Assembly (NCBI GenBank): GCA_000091205.1
Contig: AP006500.2
Reading direction: 5' to 3' (one strand)
Length of the DNA: 64,000 nt
From: Cyanidioschyzon merolae
Lineage: Eukaryota
In this document: positions 53,907 to 64,000 of the stretch, piece after piece
Layout: every line of letters starts with the position of its first letter
Numbering within the stretch: position 1 is the first letter of the stretch
Made by a program: the position numbers and the translations under genes
The notes under the pieces: model-generated
Seen by the model: the letters and a program-made list of their open reading frames with translations, nothing else
Database searches by the model: none
What the model was told of the DNA's origin: nothing

Positions 53907-53977
53907 TACGCCGCGCGGGAATCGAACCCGCGTCTAGACGATGGCAACGTCTTAGGATACCACTACCCCAGCGGCGT
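53907..53977 (-). tRNA. tRNA-Gly (anticodon GCC), with no encoded CCA
   Basis: The minus strand reads 'ACGCCGC TG GGGTAGTGGTATCC TA AGACG TTGCCAT CGTCT AGAC GCGGG TTCGATT CCCGC GCGGCGT A'. The 7-bp acceptor stem, the 5-bp anticodon stem (U33, GCC, A37) and the T-arm 'GCGGG TTCGATT CCCGC' are all perfect. Confidence 0.8.
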
Positions 53978-54896
53978 TACAAGGCACTGCGATGACTTGA
54001 AAATTCAGCATCCGAAACTAGATATAAAGGCATATGACGCCATCGGACTGCATGGCGTGGACGGGCGCGATGCTGCGCACTTGCGCGCACGCTGCTTGGG
54101 TGTTCCGTTGCACAGCATTTTGCCGAAGCGAGTCCGGAGACGCAGGCTCTTGATGGTGGCCTGTTTTGCGAACGAGGCTTTTCCTGGTATCAGGAGGCTC
54201 GGTCACTAGTCATTGCGCGGTTTGTATGGTCAGTGGCTGCCCAGTTGAGTGGAAACGGACGCGGTCGGGTGGACACGCCCACAGACACCTCGAGGCCAGC
54301 GTGCACCTGAAGCACGCAGCACTGTGCATGCGTGCACCTGGACAGGTTCGTTGGGCTCTGAACAAAAATATCACCTAGGTTGTCTCGCTGGTGCGAATGC
54401 GGGAATGATGCGGGGCACCGAACCTCGCTATAAGCTCTCCGCGCGAGGCTTGTATCCGCACAGCTGATGTGGCAAACAACGACGGAGGCGACGCCTACTC
54501 ACTGTGTGCTGGTGTTCATATTGCGAACAAGCACGTGTGCCATGAAATGGAGTAGACCCATGACCTTCCCATGTGCTGGCCCATTTTCCTACTCGTTGCG
54601 ACCTGCGAACGAACTTTTTAGGTAGTTCAGAACAAGTTTAGCGTTTCTTCTATGCTGAATGTCATGTGAGCGCAGCCGCCCGTTCACTGCACCACCGCCA
54701 TGATCCACCGGGCGGACGCGGATGTGCTTCAGCCTTGCATGCCTGGTAGCAGCCCGTTCGCGGTCATCGGCAGGAAACTCGCCCCGGAATATCCGTTGCA
54801 GACTGTGTATGTTCTGCAAATCGCGCGAGCGCGAAACCTACTTGTATGCACGGAATGAAGCATTCCGCAGTCGAGCGTGACCCCGGCGCGAGGCCC

Positions 54897-55949
54897 TCAA
54901 AGTTTGGACATAAACTCGCCGATACGCACGGCGCGGCGCTCCTTCATGCTCTTTCTCGCTGCGTAAGCGAGCACCACCGGCATACGCCCATCCTCCCCGG
55001 TCACCGGCACCGCCTTTCCTTCCATAATGCAACGCACAAAAGTCTCCATTTCTAAAGCGTAGGCATCGCGATAGCGGTCCATGAAAAAGTTCAGTGGCAG
55101 GTCGCGACGTACACTCGCACCATCCTGCAACGTCGCATTGTTCGGAAAGTTATTCGCAGTGGACACATTTCCCTTCGATCCGTGAATTTCAATACGCTGG
55201 TCGTAACCATAAGCGGCTTTTCGACAGCATTCGATCGTACCGATGGCGCCGTTCGCGAACCGCAGGGTCACAATCGCGGTGTCGATATCGCCCGCTTGCT
55301 CACCGATCTGGGGATCCACCAGGTTGGCTCCAGCAGCAGCAACGACTTCCACGATTTCTGAGCCCATCGTAAACCGGGCCATGTCGAAATCATGCGTCAT
55401 CATGTCAAAGAATAGGCCCCCAGACTGCTTCAAGTAGGCAAGCGGAGGTGGCGCAGGGTCACGTGAGATGATGTGCAGTGAGTAGGGCTCGCCGATTTCC
55501 CCGCTGGCGACAGCTTCCCTTACCCGGCGGAAGTTCGCATCAAAACGCCGCTGAAACCCTATTTGCATCTGGACACCGGCGCGCTTCACTTCCGAAAGCG
55601 CGTTATCGATGCGCTCGAGGTCGTAGTCGATCGGTTTCTCGCAAAAAATCTGTTTGCCTGCCCGCGCTGCTGCCACGATGATTTCGTAGTGCGTGTCTGA
55701 GGGCGAACAAATGATAACAGCGTCCACCTCAGGTGACTGGACAACCTCCTGCCAGTCTTTGACTGCACGCGGGATGCGAAACTCTTTCGCCGCCGCCTGG
55801 GCAGCCTGCTCGATAAAGTCCGCAATAACCACGACCTGCGCGAGGTTGCTCATGCGAGCCAAAGCCGCGCAGTGAACACGACCAATTCTCCCGGCACCAA
55901 TGATACCAATTCTAACTGGTCCCCCCCTGAATTGAGCGACCGCTTCCAT
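54897..55949 (-). CDS. Gfo/Idh/MocA-family NAD-dependent oxidoreductase, myo-inositol 2-dehydrogenase (IolG)-like
   Basis: The ATG at 55949 gives 'MEAVAQFRGGPVRIGIIGAGRIGRVH', a Rossmann GxGxxG at the N-terminus. Further upstream in-frame ATGs exist. 'GKQIFCEKP' is the EKP motif. 'GFQRRFDANFRRVREAVASGEIGEP' is typical of IolG. Confidence 0.8.
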   Translation of the reverse strand: MEAVAQFRGGPVRIGIIGAGRIGRVHCAALARMSNLAQVVVIADFIEQAAQAAAKEFRIPRAVKDWQEVVQSPEVDAVIICSPSDTHYEIIVAAARAGKQIFCEKPIDYDLERIDNALSEVKRAGVQMQIGFQRRFDANFRRVREAVASGEIGEPYSLHIISRDPAPPPLAYLKQSGGLFFDMMTHDFDMARFTMGSEIVEVVAAAGANLVDPQIGEQAGDIDTAIVTLRFANGAIGTIECCRKAAYGYDQRIEIHGSKGNVSTANNFPNNATLQDGASVRRDLPLNFFMDRYRDAYALEMETFVRCIMEGKAVPVTGEDGRMPVVLAYAARKSMKERRAVRIGEFMSKL

Positions 55950-57190
55950 ACCTGTTTGACTTCGTGTGTAGCGCAGCATGCTCCTGTGCGCGAGCCGTAA
56001 CCACAGCGCCAAGCGTAGCGCATTCGCCGTCTCAGCGCCGGGGTCCAGGGACGCTCGTCGATTGCTCACGGTATTTAGGCGATGCATCGAACTTGAACGT
56101 CCGTGTGCGCGATGCTAAAGGCAACAAAGCGCATGAACGCTTTTTTCGCCGAGACTTGAGCGCCTCGATGAATATCCGGAAAAGCCTCGTGATTCTGGAG
56201 CGTGCATCAGGTTTACAAAGAGCGAACTTTCGACGGAATCGTTTCGCTTTCAGCGTGCACATAGTGCTGAATGCGCAAGACTTACGGTGGAAACAATGCC
56301 GCGCACGCGGGGGCGAGAGACACAGAGAAAGCCCGAATTCTGGCAAGCTGCAAGACACTGGTGTGGAGCGGTTCAGGAATCCAGAAAAACCTGGAACGCT
56401 GCATGTATAGAATGCGAATGGTTTTCCGGCGCTGTCGACGAACGACCATGAGACCATGATTTTCCACGAGCCGCATGTATGGATTTTCTCGCAGAGAGCA
56501 CTATCCCAGGGCCAGAGCGACAATAGAAGAGGTCCTCGGAAACGGGTGCACATTCCAAAGATTCCGTCCCTGCACGCTGTCATCAACGAAACCAGCCTCT
56601 GTGGGCTATTTCTGCGACTGGTTCCTTTTTTTCCCGCTCGTATCCCCAGCTTGAGCCAGCTAGGTAACTTGTGCTTCTCCAGCTCGACTGTCAGCAGTCA
56701 CAGTATGTGGACTGAAGCACCAGAATTCCAATTTCGCTGGTTGCTTGTGTCTTCTGCGCGTTTCACGCACAGGCCGTACTTTCGAGCCGCACCTCGCTGC
56801 CAATGTTCATCTTCTTTTCATATAACATCGGAGCGTCTTGTGCAGCGATAACACTTTCATGCGGTCGGGATGTTTCCCTATGTCCACCAGAACGAAGCGT
56901 TCTCCGAGCGCCACCCCGAAGCGCTCGAAAGCTTGCTTTATCGCTCGCGACCTGCCCGGGACCGATAGCGGTGGCCCGTGTCGATGCCCGCGCCGCCTCG
57001 GAGTCCCGCGCACGGCACCCAGAGGAACATTGCATCCCTCGGATGTCCCTTTTGTACATGATCAAACGATCGCCAGCAGCGCTCGCGATATGCTGTCCAT
57101 TTATTCCGCTCATATCCAGATATGTACTTTGGAGATCGAGTGCCACATCGCTTCACACTGCGGCAGTATGAGCGCGTCGGCGTCGTCGCC

Positions 57191-57227
57191 GAGCAGCAGC
57201 AGCAGCAGCGCCAGCAGCGCCAGCAGC
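57191..57227. repeat. Imperfect (CAG)n / (CAGCGC) trinucleotide run
   Basis: Read directly. Confidence 0.9.
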
Positions 57228-57521
57228 CACAGAGCGTACGCCTGCAGTCGACGCGGCGCTCGAGGGCATTTTCGTGGCGAGCGCGCGACGCAGGATCGGA
57301 AGCCCTAATCCAGGCTGCCAGGACGTTTAACGTTGCCTTCTTCGTGCTATTTGACGGACGTGTGGCACTTTGCTTCGAACATTCAGCATATTGAAGTCTG
57401 CTTTGAACAAGTAGTCCACTGACTGAATAGTAGCACGCGTTACGCGAGCCGTTTCACGCTACAAGCGCGGGGAAACCTTCTCCCGTGAACGGAGGCTACG
57501 CGGCAAGCCGGAGCCTACACC

Positions 57522-59969
57522 ATGCGACGGCTGCGCGCTGACGACGACGTCGACAAGCCGCCGGGGCAGCACAAGGCGACTGCAGACGACGTCACTACCC
57601 AAATGTGGAACGAGACAGAGCGAATTACTCGCAGCCCGCGGACGACAGGTGCTGTATCTAGTCGTGCCGAGAGCAGAGACTCCGGTTCGAGAGTGCGACG
57701 GACGGCGCTGAAAGGCGCAAACGCCGGCGCCTCGTATGGACCCGGCACCGGACAACAGACGCGTTATTACACGAGGGCCCGCTCGCGAGAAGCGAACTCT
57801 TTAGCTGCAGAGGCCACGTTTACCGGCTCCTCGTTGACGGTGTACAGCAGTGGTGAAGGCAGCGTTAACCAGCTGACTGCGACAGCGTCTGGCTCAGGGG
57901 TTGGGTCCGGCTCTGGACAGGGCTCTGGTGCGAACTCGGGACAAGGTTCGGGCGCGGACTCAGGGTCGGGCTCCGGTGCTGGCGGTACGGGCTCCTCGTC
58001 TATCAGCAATGACGCAACAGGCTGCAGTCGTTCGGGTTCTGGGGGATCGGCCGGTTCGCAAGGCCGGGGTGACCACGGAACCGAAGATACCCCTGTCTCT
58101 ATGCAGCGAGCACACTCCACAGAGGGGTATCTGCATCGTGTTCCCAGTAACGGCCGACCGCGAAACCTTGCCGAGCAAATGGAGCTCGTGGAACGCCCCG
58201 ACACGAGCGCGTTGCAGCTGCGAGGACCGCGAACGCACGCGCTCCCCATAGGGTCACCAGCACAACTGCAACTGCAAGCGAATCTGCGGGAACAGGCCAA
58301 CCCGAACGCGACCGCCGTTGAGCCTGCGCCTCTCGACACTATGCAGCGGCGAGCAGCTGCCTTTGCTCAACCAGAACGCACGAACACGTCGAGACAAGCA
58401 CAGCAGCAGGGCTTCGCACGAAGCCGTCGCGGCGTTTTCTCAGATGCCTCCTCAGGCCGGATGCAGTTTCCAAGTGATGTGTCCGCAGGTGCACAACATG
58501 CCTCCGGTATGCATGGTCACCATGGGATCGCGTCACAGGCGCTTGCCCAGGCAGCGCCCGCGGTCGCAGTGACCGAAGCACAACGCTTGCGAGCCTTGAG
58601 CTCAATGGACGCACACGAGTCGTTGCCCTCGTGGAGAGCCGCTACACCGCGTGCCCCAGATGCCCAGACGGTGCTGAGCGCAGAGACGCGAACGGCAGCT
58701 GATGAGTGTGTATCGGTGTCAACGAGTTCCTTCGAGCGGCAACGGGAGTCTGCGCTGGAGAATCCACCACCATCACCGCTCATGATGATCGCTGCGCAGG
58801 TTGTCGCACCGCGACTGCCACCAGATCTGGGACTTGCGCTCCAGCCCGATGATCCAAACGGTCATGTACAGTATAGTGTCGGGGAAGGCCTCGGACCAAC
58901 CGCTGACTTTCCGAACGGCCGCTACCAAATTCTAGCGCCGCTCGGAAGCGGCACATTCGGCAAGGTCGTATCGTGCTGGGATCGAGTTACAGAGCAACTC
59001 GTTGCTGTGAAAGTGATTCGAGCTGTGCGCAAGTACGCAGAGGCGGCAAGGATGGAAATCGATATCCTCCTTGAACTGGGGCGGAAGGATCCCACAAGTC
59101 GCTTCCACTGCGTTCGCATGCTATCCTATTTCACGCACGTAAGCCAACAGGGGAATGCGCACGTCTGCCTCGTATTCGAGCATTTGGGACCGTCCCTCTT
59201 TGACGTCCTGATGCGCAATCACTTTCGTCCGTTACCGGTACCCATTTTACGTGCGGTAGCTCGGCAACTCTTGGAGGCCATCACCTTCTTGCACGAGCAC
59301 AACCAAATCGTGCATACGGATATCAAACCAGAGAACGTGCTCATCGTTCCGAGCAGTTACTATCCGAACCGGCAAATAACCGAACATGTGCAGGTGCGTC
59401 TGATAGATTTTGGTTCCGCTAGCAGACTCGATAAGGTCAGCGTTCGGCACGCTATTGTTTCGACGCGGCACTATCGAGCGCCGGAGATCATTCTGGGCAC
59501 CGGCTGGTCATTCGCCTGCGATATCTGGTCGTTTGGTGCGTTGCTGGTAGAGTGCTACACTGGCCAAACGCTGTTTCAGAGCCACGACGATCTGGAGCAT
59601 CTCCAACTCATGCAGAAACTTCTCCAGCACGAGAATGGCGAGGTGATTGTGCCACCACCGCGACCGAGCCCCAGCAGCACCTCTATGGGCAGTCAACGGC
59701 GCCGAGAAGCACTGAAACTCTTCCGGGATGGCCGCCTAAACTGGCCAGAGGGCATCGACGAGCAGAGCGCAAACAGCCTTGCACGGCAGAAGAGCATTCG
59801 TCGTGTCGCCCGCATGCCGGAGCTGCACTCCATCTTCAGACCAGAGCATGCTTGCTTGCTTCATCTGATTCGATGTTGTCTAACAATAGATCCGTTGAAG
59901 CGATGGCGCCCCAGCGAGCTCCTGCGTCACCCTTTTTTTATGAGTTACTCGACGGAAGCTACGCCCTAG
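57522..59969 (+). CDS. CLK/LAMMER-family dual-specificity protein kinase (CMGC group) with a long Ser/Gly/Arg-rich N-terminal region
   Basis: The ATG at 57522 was verified. The kinase domain 'YQILAPLGSGTFGKVVSCWDR...VAVKVIRAVRKYAEAARMEIDILLEL...CVRMLSYF...HVCLVFEHLGPSLFD...HTDIKPENVL...VRLIDFGSA...VSTRHYRAPEIILGTGWSFACDIWSFGALLVE' is collinear with human CLK1. The LAMMER position reads 'EHLQLMQKLL'. Confidence 0.85.
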   Translation: MRRLRADDDVDKPPGQHKATADDVTTQMWNETERITRSPRTTGAVSSRAESRDSGSRVRRTALKGANAGASYGPGTGQQTRYYTRARSREANSLAAEATFTGSSLTVYSSGEGSVNQLTATASGSGVGSGSGQGSGANSGQGSGADSGSGSGAGGTGSSSISNDATGCSRSGSGGSAGSQGRGDHGTEDTPVSMQRAHSTEGYLHRVPSNGRPRNLAEQMELVERPDTSALQLRGPRTHALPIGSPAQLQLQANLREQANPNATAVEPAPLDTMQRRAAAFAQPERTNTSRQAQQQGFARSRRGVFSDASSGRMQFPSDVSAGAQHASGMHGHHGIASQALAQAAPAVAVTEAQRLRALSSMDAHESLPSWRAATPRAPDAQTVLSAETRTAADECVSVSTSSFERQRESALENPPPSPLMMIAAQVVAPRLPPDLGLALQPDDPNGHVQYSVGEGLGPTADFPNGRYQILAPLGSGTFGKVVSCWDRVTEQLVAVKVIRAVRKYAEAARMEIDILLELGRKDPTSRFHCVRMLSYFTHVSQQGNAHVCLVFEHLGPSLFDVLMRNHFRPLPVPILRAVARQLLEAITFLHEHNQIVHTDIKPENVLIVPSSYYPNRQITEHVQVRLIDFGSASRLDKVSVRHAIVSTRHYRAPEIILGTGWSFACDIWSFGALLVECYTGQTLFQSHDDLEHLQLMQKLLQHENGEVIVPPPRPSPSSTSMGSQRRREALKLFRDGRLNWPEGIDEQSANSLARQKSIRRVARMPELHSIFRPEHACLLHLIRCCLTIDPLKRWRPSELLRHPFFMSYSTEATP

Positions 59970-60943
59970 GCGAACGCGAGACGTGCATATCGAGTTTATG
60001 CACTGGCGCTGAGCGCACCTGTTCCCTGCGTCGCGTTGCAAAGACAACGGGATACGCAAACATACGGTATTCATCGGGTCTGCGCACAGCAGCGAATAAC
60101 ACTCGTGTCCGATGTATAGTACAGGCGTCTGCGAGCGTGCGTGGTGAAACGTTCGTTGGCAGGCAGCTGGTTTTGATGGGTGGCCTTCATCAAGCGCCAT
60201 GCTGGAGCGAACACCGGATAGGCGCTGGAGCGCCTGCGCAACTTGCGTGGCTCGCATGCGGACGCTGTCATAAGTGAAAGCCACCTCGCAGGTCACCGGT
60301 GCAAGCTTTCTGGGTTGCAAGCGGTTGTCTCTGGCGAGAGGAACCCGGCCATCAGCGGTGGAGTTTTCCGTGGTACGCGTGCAGCAGCAGCAGCAGCAGC
60401 GCTTGCGAAGGAGCCTCTGGCGCCAGGAGCATCTGCGAACAAGTCAGTGCGTACATGACCTCGTCGTTGCGTCTGACAGCGACCGGCTCCATAGGTCGAG
60501 AAACGCCTCTGGAGCTCGCATTCGGGAACCAACAAAAAGCGGCAACCTTGCCGATGTGAAACGTACCCGCGGATGCTATGGAATCAGGAGAGCAACTCCT
60601 TTTACTGCAAAGCGTGACAAGAGCACAGCAGGCTGCGCCCCAGGCCGACGCATCGGTATCGTGGACGCTTCAAAGCAATTCCACTGACTGCAAAGCGCAA
60701 CACGAGCACCAGAGAGGATGTCACCTGTGAAGGGCCCTGGCTCTTCCTTGGCCAGCAAACACGTGAACGCAACGCACAGAACGCTGCACCTGTTCGTACG
60801 ATAGCCCTGCTTTACCACAGTTACCGCAGCGTAGGGCTCTCGTGCAAACCTCCGGTGCCATGGATAGCGCGCTGCACCACAGGGCATCGCCAGGAGCACC
60901 AGCTCAGGCCGGCCAATGGATGACCCCGCACTCGCAGCCGCGC

Positions 60944-62563
60944 CTATTGACCCGAAGGGCGAAAACTGGCCATCAGTGGACTCGAAAGCAATAGTGTGGT
61001 CAGGGTTCCGACCAGGCCCAAGGCAATGACCGCGGCAGACGCGGCTGTGCTATCACCGGAGGAGGTCAGAGCCGCGGTTCCCAGGCCGTGCGAGACGCTC
61101 CCCAGTGCAACACCGCGAGCGAGCGCGGGCATCTCGGGTCCAGGCCTCAGGATCATGGAGCCCAGACTAGCACCGAGGATGCCGGAAATGAGTACGCTCG
61201 CTACGGTAATGCTCGTATCCGCCTGCAAGCGCTTGGACGATGCGATCGCTAGTGGCATCGTAATCGAACGTGGAAAGAGGGCAGCTCGCAGCGCTGGTGT
61301 CCTTAAGCCCAGGATCCGACTCGCAACTGCCGTCCAGACGAGTGAGAAGATGGCTGAAAACGCGGACCCGCCGACGAGCGGTAACCATTGGCGACTGAGG
61401 AGCGCACGTGCGCGATACAGACGGAATGAGAGGGCGATGAGCGAGGGACCTAATAGCTGCATAAACCAATTCCCCGCAATGAACGGATAGCGTTCTAGTC
61501 GCTTGTACCAGCTGGCGTCCGCATTAACAGACTCGGAGAGCTCGAGTCCACTGGCGACCACAGCAGTGAGACCTGCACAAGTAAGCACCGGGTGCAGAAC
61601 TCGTTGCCACGGCTTGGGCACGGCGCGAGTACCCAGTCGATAGCTTAACGCGGTGACGACGGCAAGGAGCAGCCGATCTCGCCAGTACTGCGCTGGGGCG
61701 ATACAGAGGATCGCCAACAACGAACTCAGTCCGAAAAGCACGGGGTCTGCGAAGGCACCAGCACGCTCCCGGGAAGAGCAGCTCGTCTCTGGTGCGAGAT
61801 CCGAAGCACGGTTCTCGGCAAGCGGTGTAGATGCCCGCTCTCTGGACTGCCATCGCATCAGCGAACGCGTGACCGCGGCAGTCGTCCACAAGCCCGCAAG
61901 GAAACCCGAAACGATGACACCTGCTAGGGCTAGGAGCTCTCGCTTGGAAGCGCCTCCCGTATACAGACGAGCGGGCAACGCGACTAACGGAGGTGCAAAG
62001 AACAGCGGCATCCATTCAGCCAGAAAGGCCAGCGCTGGCTTCACGAAGCGCTCGAGCCCAACGAGTGCTCGTGCCGACCACGCGTGTTCCACCACACCAA
62101 GCAGCCCAACAAGCAGTACGAGGCCAGTGAGTGAACCCGGGAGCAGGTATATGTCTTGATCAAGGCGCCTTTCCAGGTACTTGAGGATGAGAACGGTGAG
62201 GCACCCGCGCCCCAGTGCCTCGCAGCGCTGCCCGAGCGTGCGGGTGGACGTGATGCACCCCGCTGACGCAGGTCGGTTTCGGTCTCGCAGGATACGCCAC
62301 TTTTCCATCGCAAACGCATAGAGCTGATCAGTGAAGCGCTTGATTAGCTGAGTCCCTGACGCGTCTGGGGCCTCCGCTGAAGAGCCAGTGCCCAGCTGCT
62401 GCGCTACCGGCACCAAGGCTTGTTTATCCAGAGCTGGCACCCAATTCACCTGTTGCAGGGCGATGAGTGCACTTGCAACTGCGAGAGCAGAGCGTACAGA
62501 AGGCCATCGAGTCGTTGTAAGCCTTGTATCGAAAAGAACTGGAACCTGTACTTGTGGTCGCAT
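60944..62563 (-). CDS. LrgA/LrgB-fusion membrane transporter (PLGG1-like / CidAB-LrgAB family)
   Basis: The ATG at 62563 gives 'MRPQVQV'. The upstream in-frame part of the track ORF is low-complexity translation of a (GCAAAAGC)-like repeat, so I excluded it. There are more than 10 hydrophobic helices. The LrgB signature 'ARGVALGSVSHGLGTAAL' matches 'RGAAIGxSSHAxGTA'. Confidence 0.55.
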   Translation of the reverse strand: MRPQVQVPVLFDTRLTTTRWPSVRSALAVASALIALQQVNWVPALDKQALVPVAQQLGTGSSAEAPDASGTQLIKRFTDQLYAFAMEKWRILRDRNRPASAGCITSTRTLGQRCEALGRGCLTVLILKYLERRLDQDIYLLPGSLTGLVLLVGLLGVVEHAWSARALVGLERFVKPALAFLAEWMPLFFAPPLVALPARLYTGGASKRELLALAGVIVSGFLAGLWTTAAVTRSLMRWQSRERASTPLAENRASDLAPETSCSSRERAGAFADPVLFGLSSLLAILCIAPAQYWRDRLLLAVVTALSYRLGTRAVPKPWQRVLHPVLTCAGLTAVVASGLELSESVNADASWYKRLERYPFIAGNWFMQLLGPSLIALSFRLYRARALLSRQWLPLVGGSAFSAIFSLVWTAVASRILGLRTPALRAALFPRSITMPLAIASSKRLQADTSITVASVLISGILGASLGSMILRPGPEMPALARGVALGSVSHGLGTAALTSSGDSTAASAAVIALGLVGTLTTLLLSSPLMASFRPSGQ

Positions 62564-63609
62564 GGCGTGCGAGCGTTGCTGCCAGCGTGCGGCTTGCGAG
62601 TACGCAAAGGCACAAGCACAGCAGTAGCCAGGACACAGGTACCGGCACGCGCAAAAACACAGTCTCAAGTGCAGCAGACAGCACAAGCAAAAGCGCAAGC
62701 AAAGGCACGAGCGAAAAACACGAGCTCGAGTGCCCACAAGAGCACAGCATCAATTTTTTTCGAAAACATTTGCGAGCTTCGCTCCAACGAGACGTTCCGT
62801 TATACGCACGATACCTGGAGCAACGCCAAGCACTAAAGCCGAGAAGCCAGCTTGAGCGTCATATTACGTTAGATTTCATTAAAGCAATCGCTGCTAAAGC
62901 TGTATGCAAGGGCGTCGTGCTGAACGTTGGCGGAGCTTCGGGTTACGTCCACGCTGAGCAGCGTACCAGGGCGCCAGCGGTTTCTCACTGGCGGTTGAGG
63001 CGAAGCTTCCACACGAGACGCGCCTGCTTATGCAAACGCTAACGATTGGCGAGGTGGTGGAAACCTCGTCACTTTCGCGAATACGTTTGCATTCCAGTAC
63101 AGCAGTTCCGTTGTTTCCTCCCAGAGACTCGAGGCTTCATCCAGTCATTGGCGTAGCGGGCACCTAGTCTTCAGCGGACAGCGCAAGCCATCGTACAAGT
63201 TGTGCGACAGAGACGAATGCAAGCTCCTTCGACTTTCGGCTGACTAGAATGACGTGCACCTCGTTCGGAGGCGTCCTCCGTGCAGCGCTGCATGACAGGA
63301 AGCTGTTTACGGAAATGCGCACCCATGGGGAACTCGCCGATGCAGTATGCGTTCCACAACGGAGCTGAGTGGCGTGACGGGTGCTCGTCAGACGAGGCCC
63401 CAGTGACCGCGACTCCTGATGCAGCACTCTGGGCGCTGTGCGTAAGTGCTGCTTGTTCACGTCGAGCATGCCGATCAGCGTGCTGTCCAGCAGGCATTCT
63501 AGAAACTGCTCCATAGGCGGCGTGAAGTGTGCATATGCCGCGCGCGTCCGCAGCGAAACCCGCTGCGACACTCCCAGACAGCTATGAGAGCTCGTCACCC
63601 TGGTTGAAT

Positions 63610-63800
63610 GCAGCTCGTTTGAAACGCGAGTTTCAAAAGCGACTGCTTATCCATCCCTGAACAACGCTATTCACCCTTGATTTAGCCAAGGATCAACAGG
63701 ATGTGCGCATTCTTTTGAAACGCGAGTTCCAAAAGCGACTGCTTATCCATCCCTGAACAACGCTATTCACCCTTGATTTAGCCAAGGACAAACAAGACTC
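63610..63800. repeat. Tandem duplication of a ~100-bp unit ('ttgaaacgcgagtttcaaaagcgactgcttatccatccctgaacaacgctattcacccttgatttagccaagga...')
   Basis: Read directly. Confidence 0.85.
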
Positions 63801-64000
63801 AAAGCAAGCTGTGCTGCGACCGCCCAACTGCATACCGCTCGCGAGTCGATCAGGATACCCCGTGTCCTGTGAAGCAGCTGCACTGTGGCACATCCGGGGT
63901 TCCAGAACCTCGTCCGTACGCCTGCGCATGGCTCGGGTGTATCCAGAGAGCGCCCTAGTCACAGACACGAAACCGAGGCATCTCATCAATTCCGTAGCTT

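Noticed and set aside
1-64000. Prokaryotic readings such as operons, defence islands, CRISPR, toxin-antitoxin systems or integrons
   Set aside because: The gene content (RPB1 with CTD, MCM7, RPB5, CLK and ADAT3), the tRNA without CCA followed by an oligo-T terminator, and the microsatellite/minisatellite landscape are all eukaryotic nuclear features. No CRISPR-like spacer-repeat array is present: the tandem arrays lack unique spacers.

Overview
This is eukaryotic nuclear DNA, not a prokaryotic locus. It is GC-rich (roughly 55-60% by eye) and compact, with long uninterrupted ORFs for classic eukaryotic housekeeping proteins on both strands. The RNA polymerase II largest subunit carries a YSPTSPA heptad CTD, and a tRNA-Gly is followed by an oligo-T Pol III terminator. 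I read no split genes, although several ORF-free stretches could hide intron-containing genes. The supplied ORF track treats GTG/TTG/CTG as starts, so I re-anchored CDS starts to the first in-frame ATG where I could verify it in the sequence. Confident genes are RPB1, RPB5 (RPABC1), MCM7, a PDK/BCKDK-type mitochondrial kinase, L-threonine 3-dehydrogenase, amidophosphoribosyltransferase (PurF), a CLK/LAMMER kinase, a Gfo/Idh/MocA inositol-dehydrogenase-like oxidoreductase, RWDD1/Gir2, ADAT3/Tad3, and a POP7/Rpp20-like RNase P/MRP subunit. More tentative calls are a Cet1-type (triphosphate-tunnel) mRNA 5'-triphosphatase, a GT39 PMT-like mannosyltransferase lacking the MIR domain, a BRO1-like protein, an LrgA/LrgB fusion transporter, a class I SAM methyltransferase, and a cyclin-box-like protein. 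Non-genic structure is rich. A near-identical ~1.25-1.4 kb dispersed repeat is present three times: two direct copies bracket the MCM7 gene, and a third inverted copy brackets the RPB5/triphosphatase/membrane-protein block. A 65-bp minisatellite of about 13-14 units sits just upstream of RPB1, and a 47-bp minisatellite sits upstream of PurF. There are many microsatellites: (CA)n, (GCT)n, (GGC)n, (ATCC)15, (CAG)n and a 9-bp (GGCGGCATC)5. Two AT-richer islands contain no recognisable genes. The RPB1 CTD is unusual: about 8 canonical heptads are followed by about 11 near-identical nonapeptide YSPSSPNVA units encoded by near-identical 27-bp DNA repeats. The lineage is probably a compact-genome protist or fungus-like eukaryote, given the Cet1-type triphosphatase, few introns and high GC; I cannot name it from sequence alone. 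I found no prokaryote-style defence or mobile system. The most 'system-like' novelty is the repeat-bracketed MCM7/RPB5 architecture together with the non-canonical CTD.
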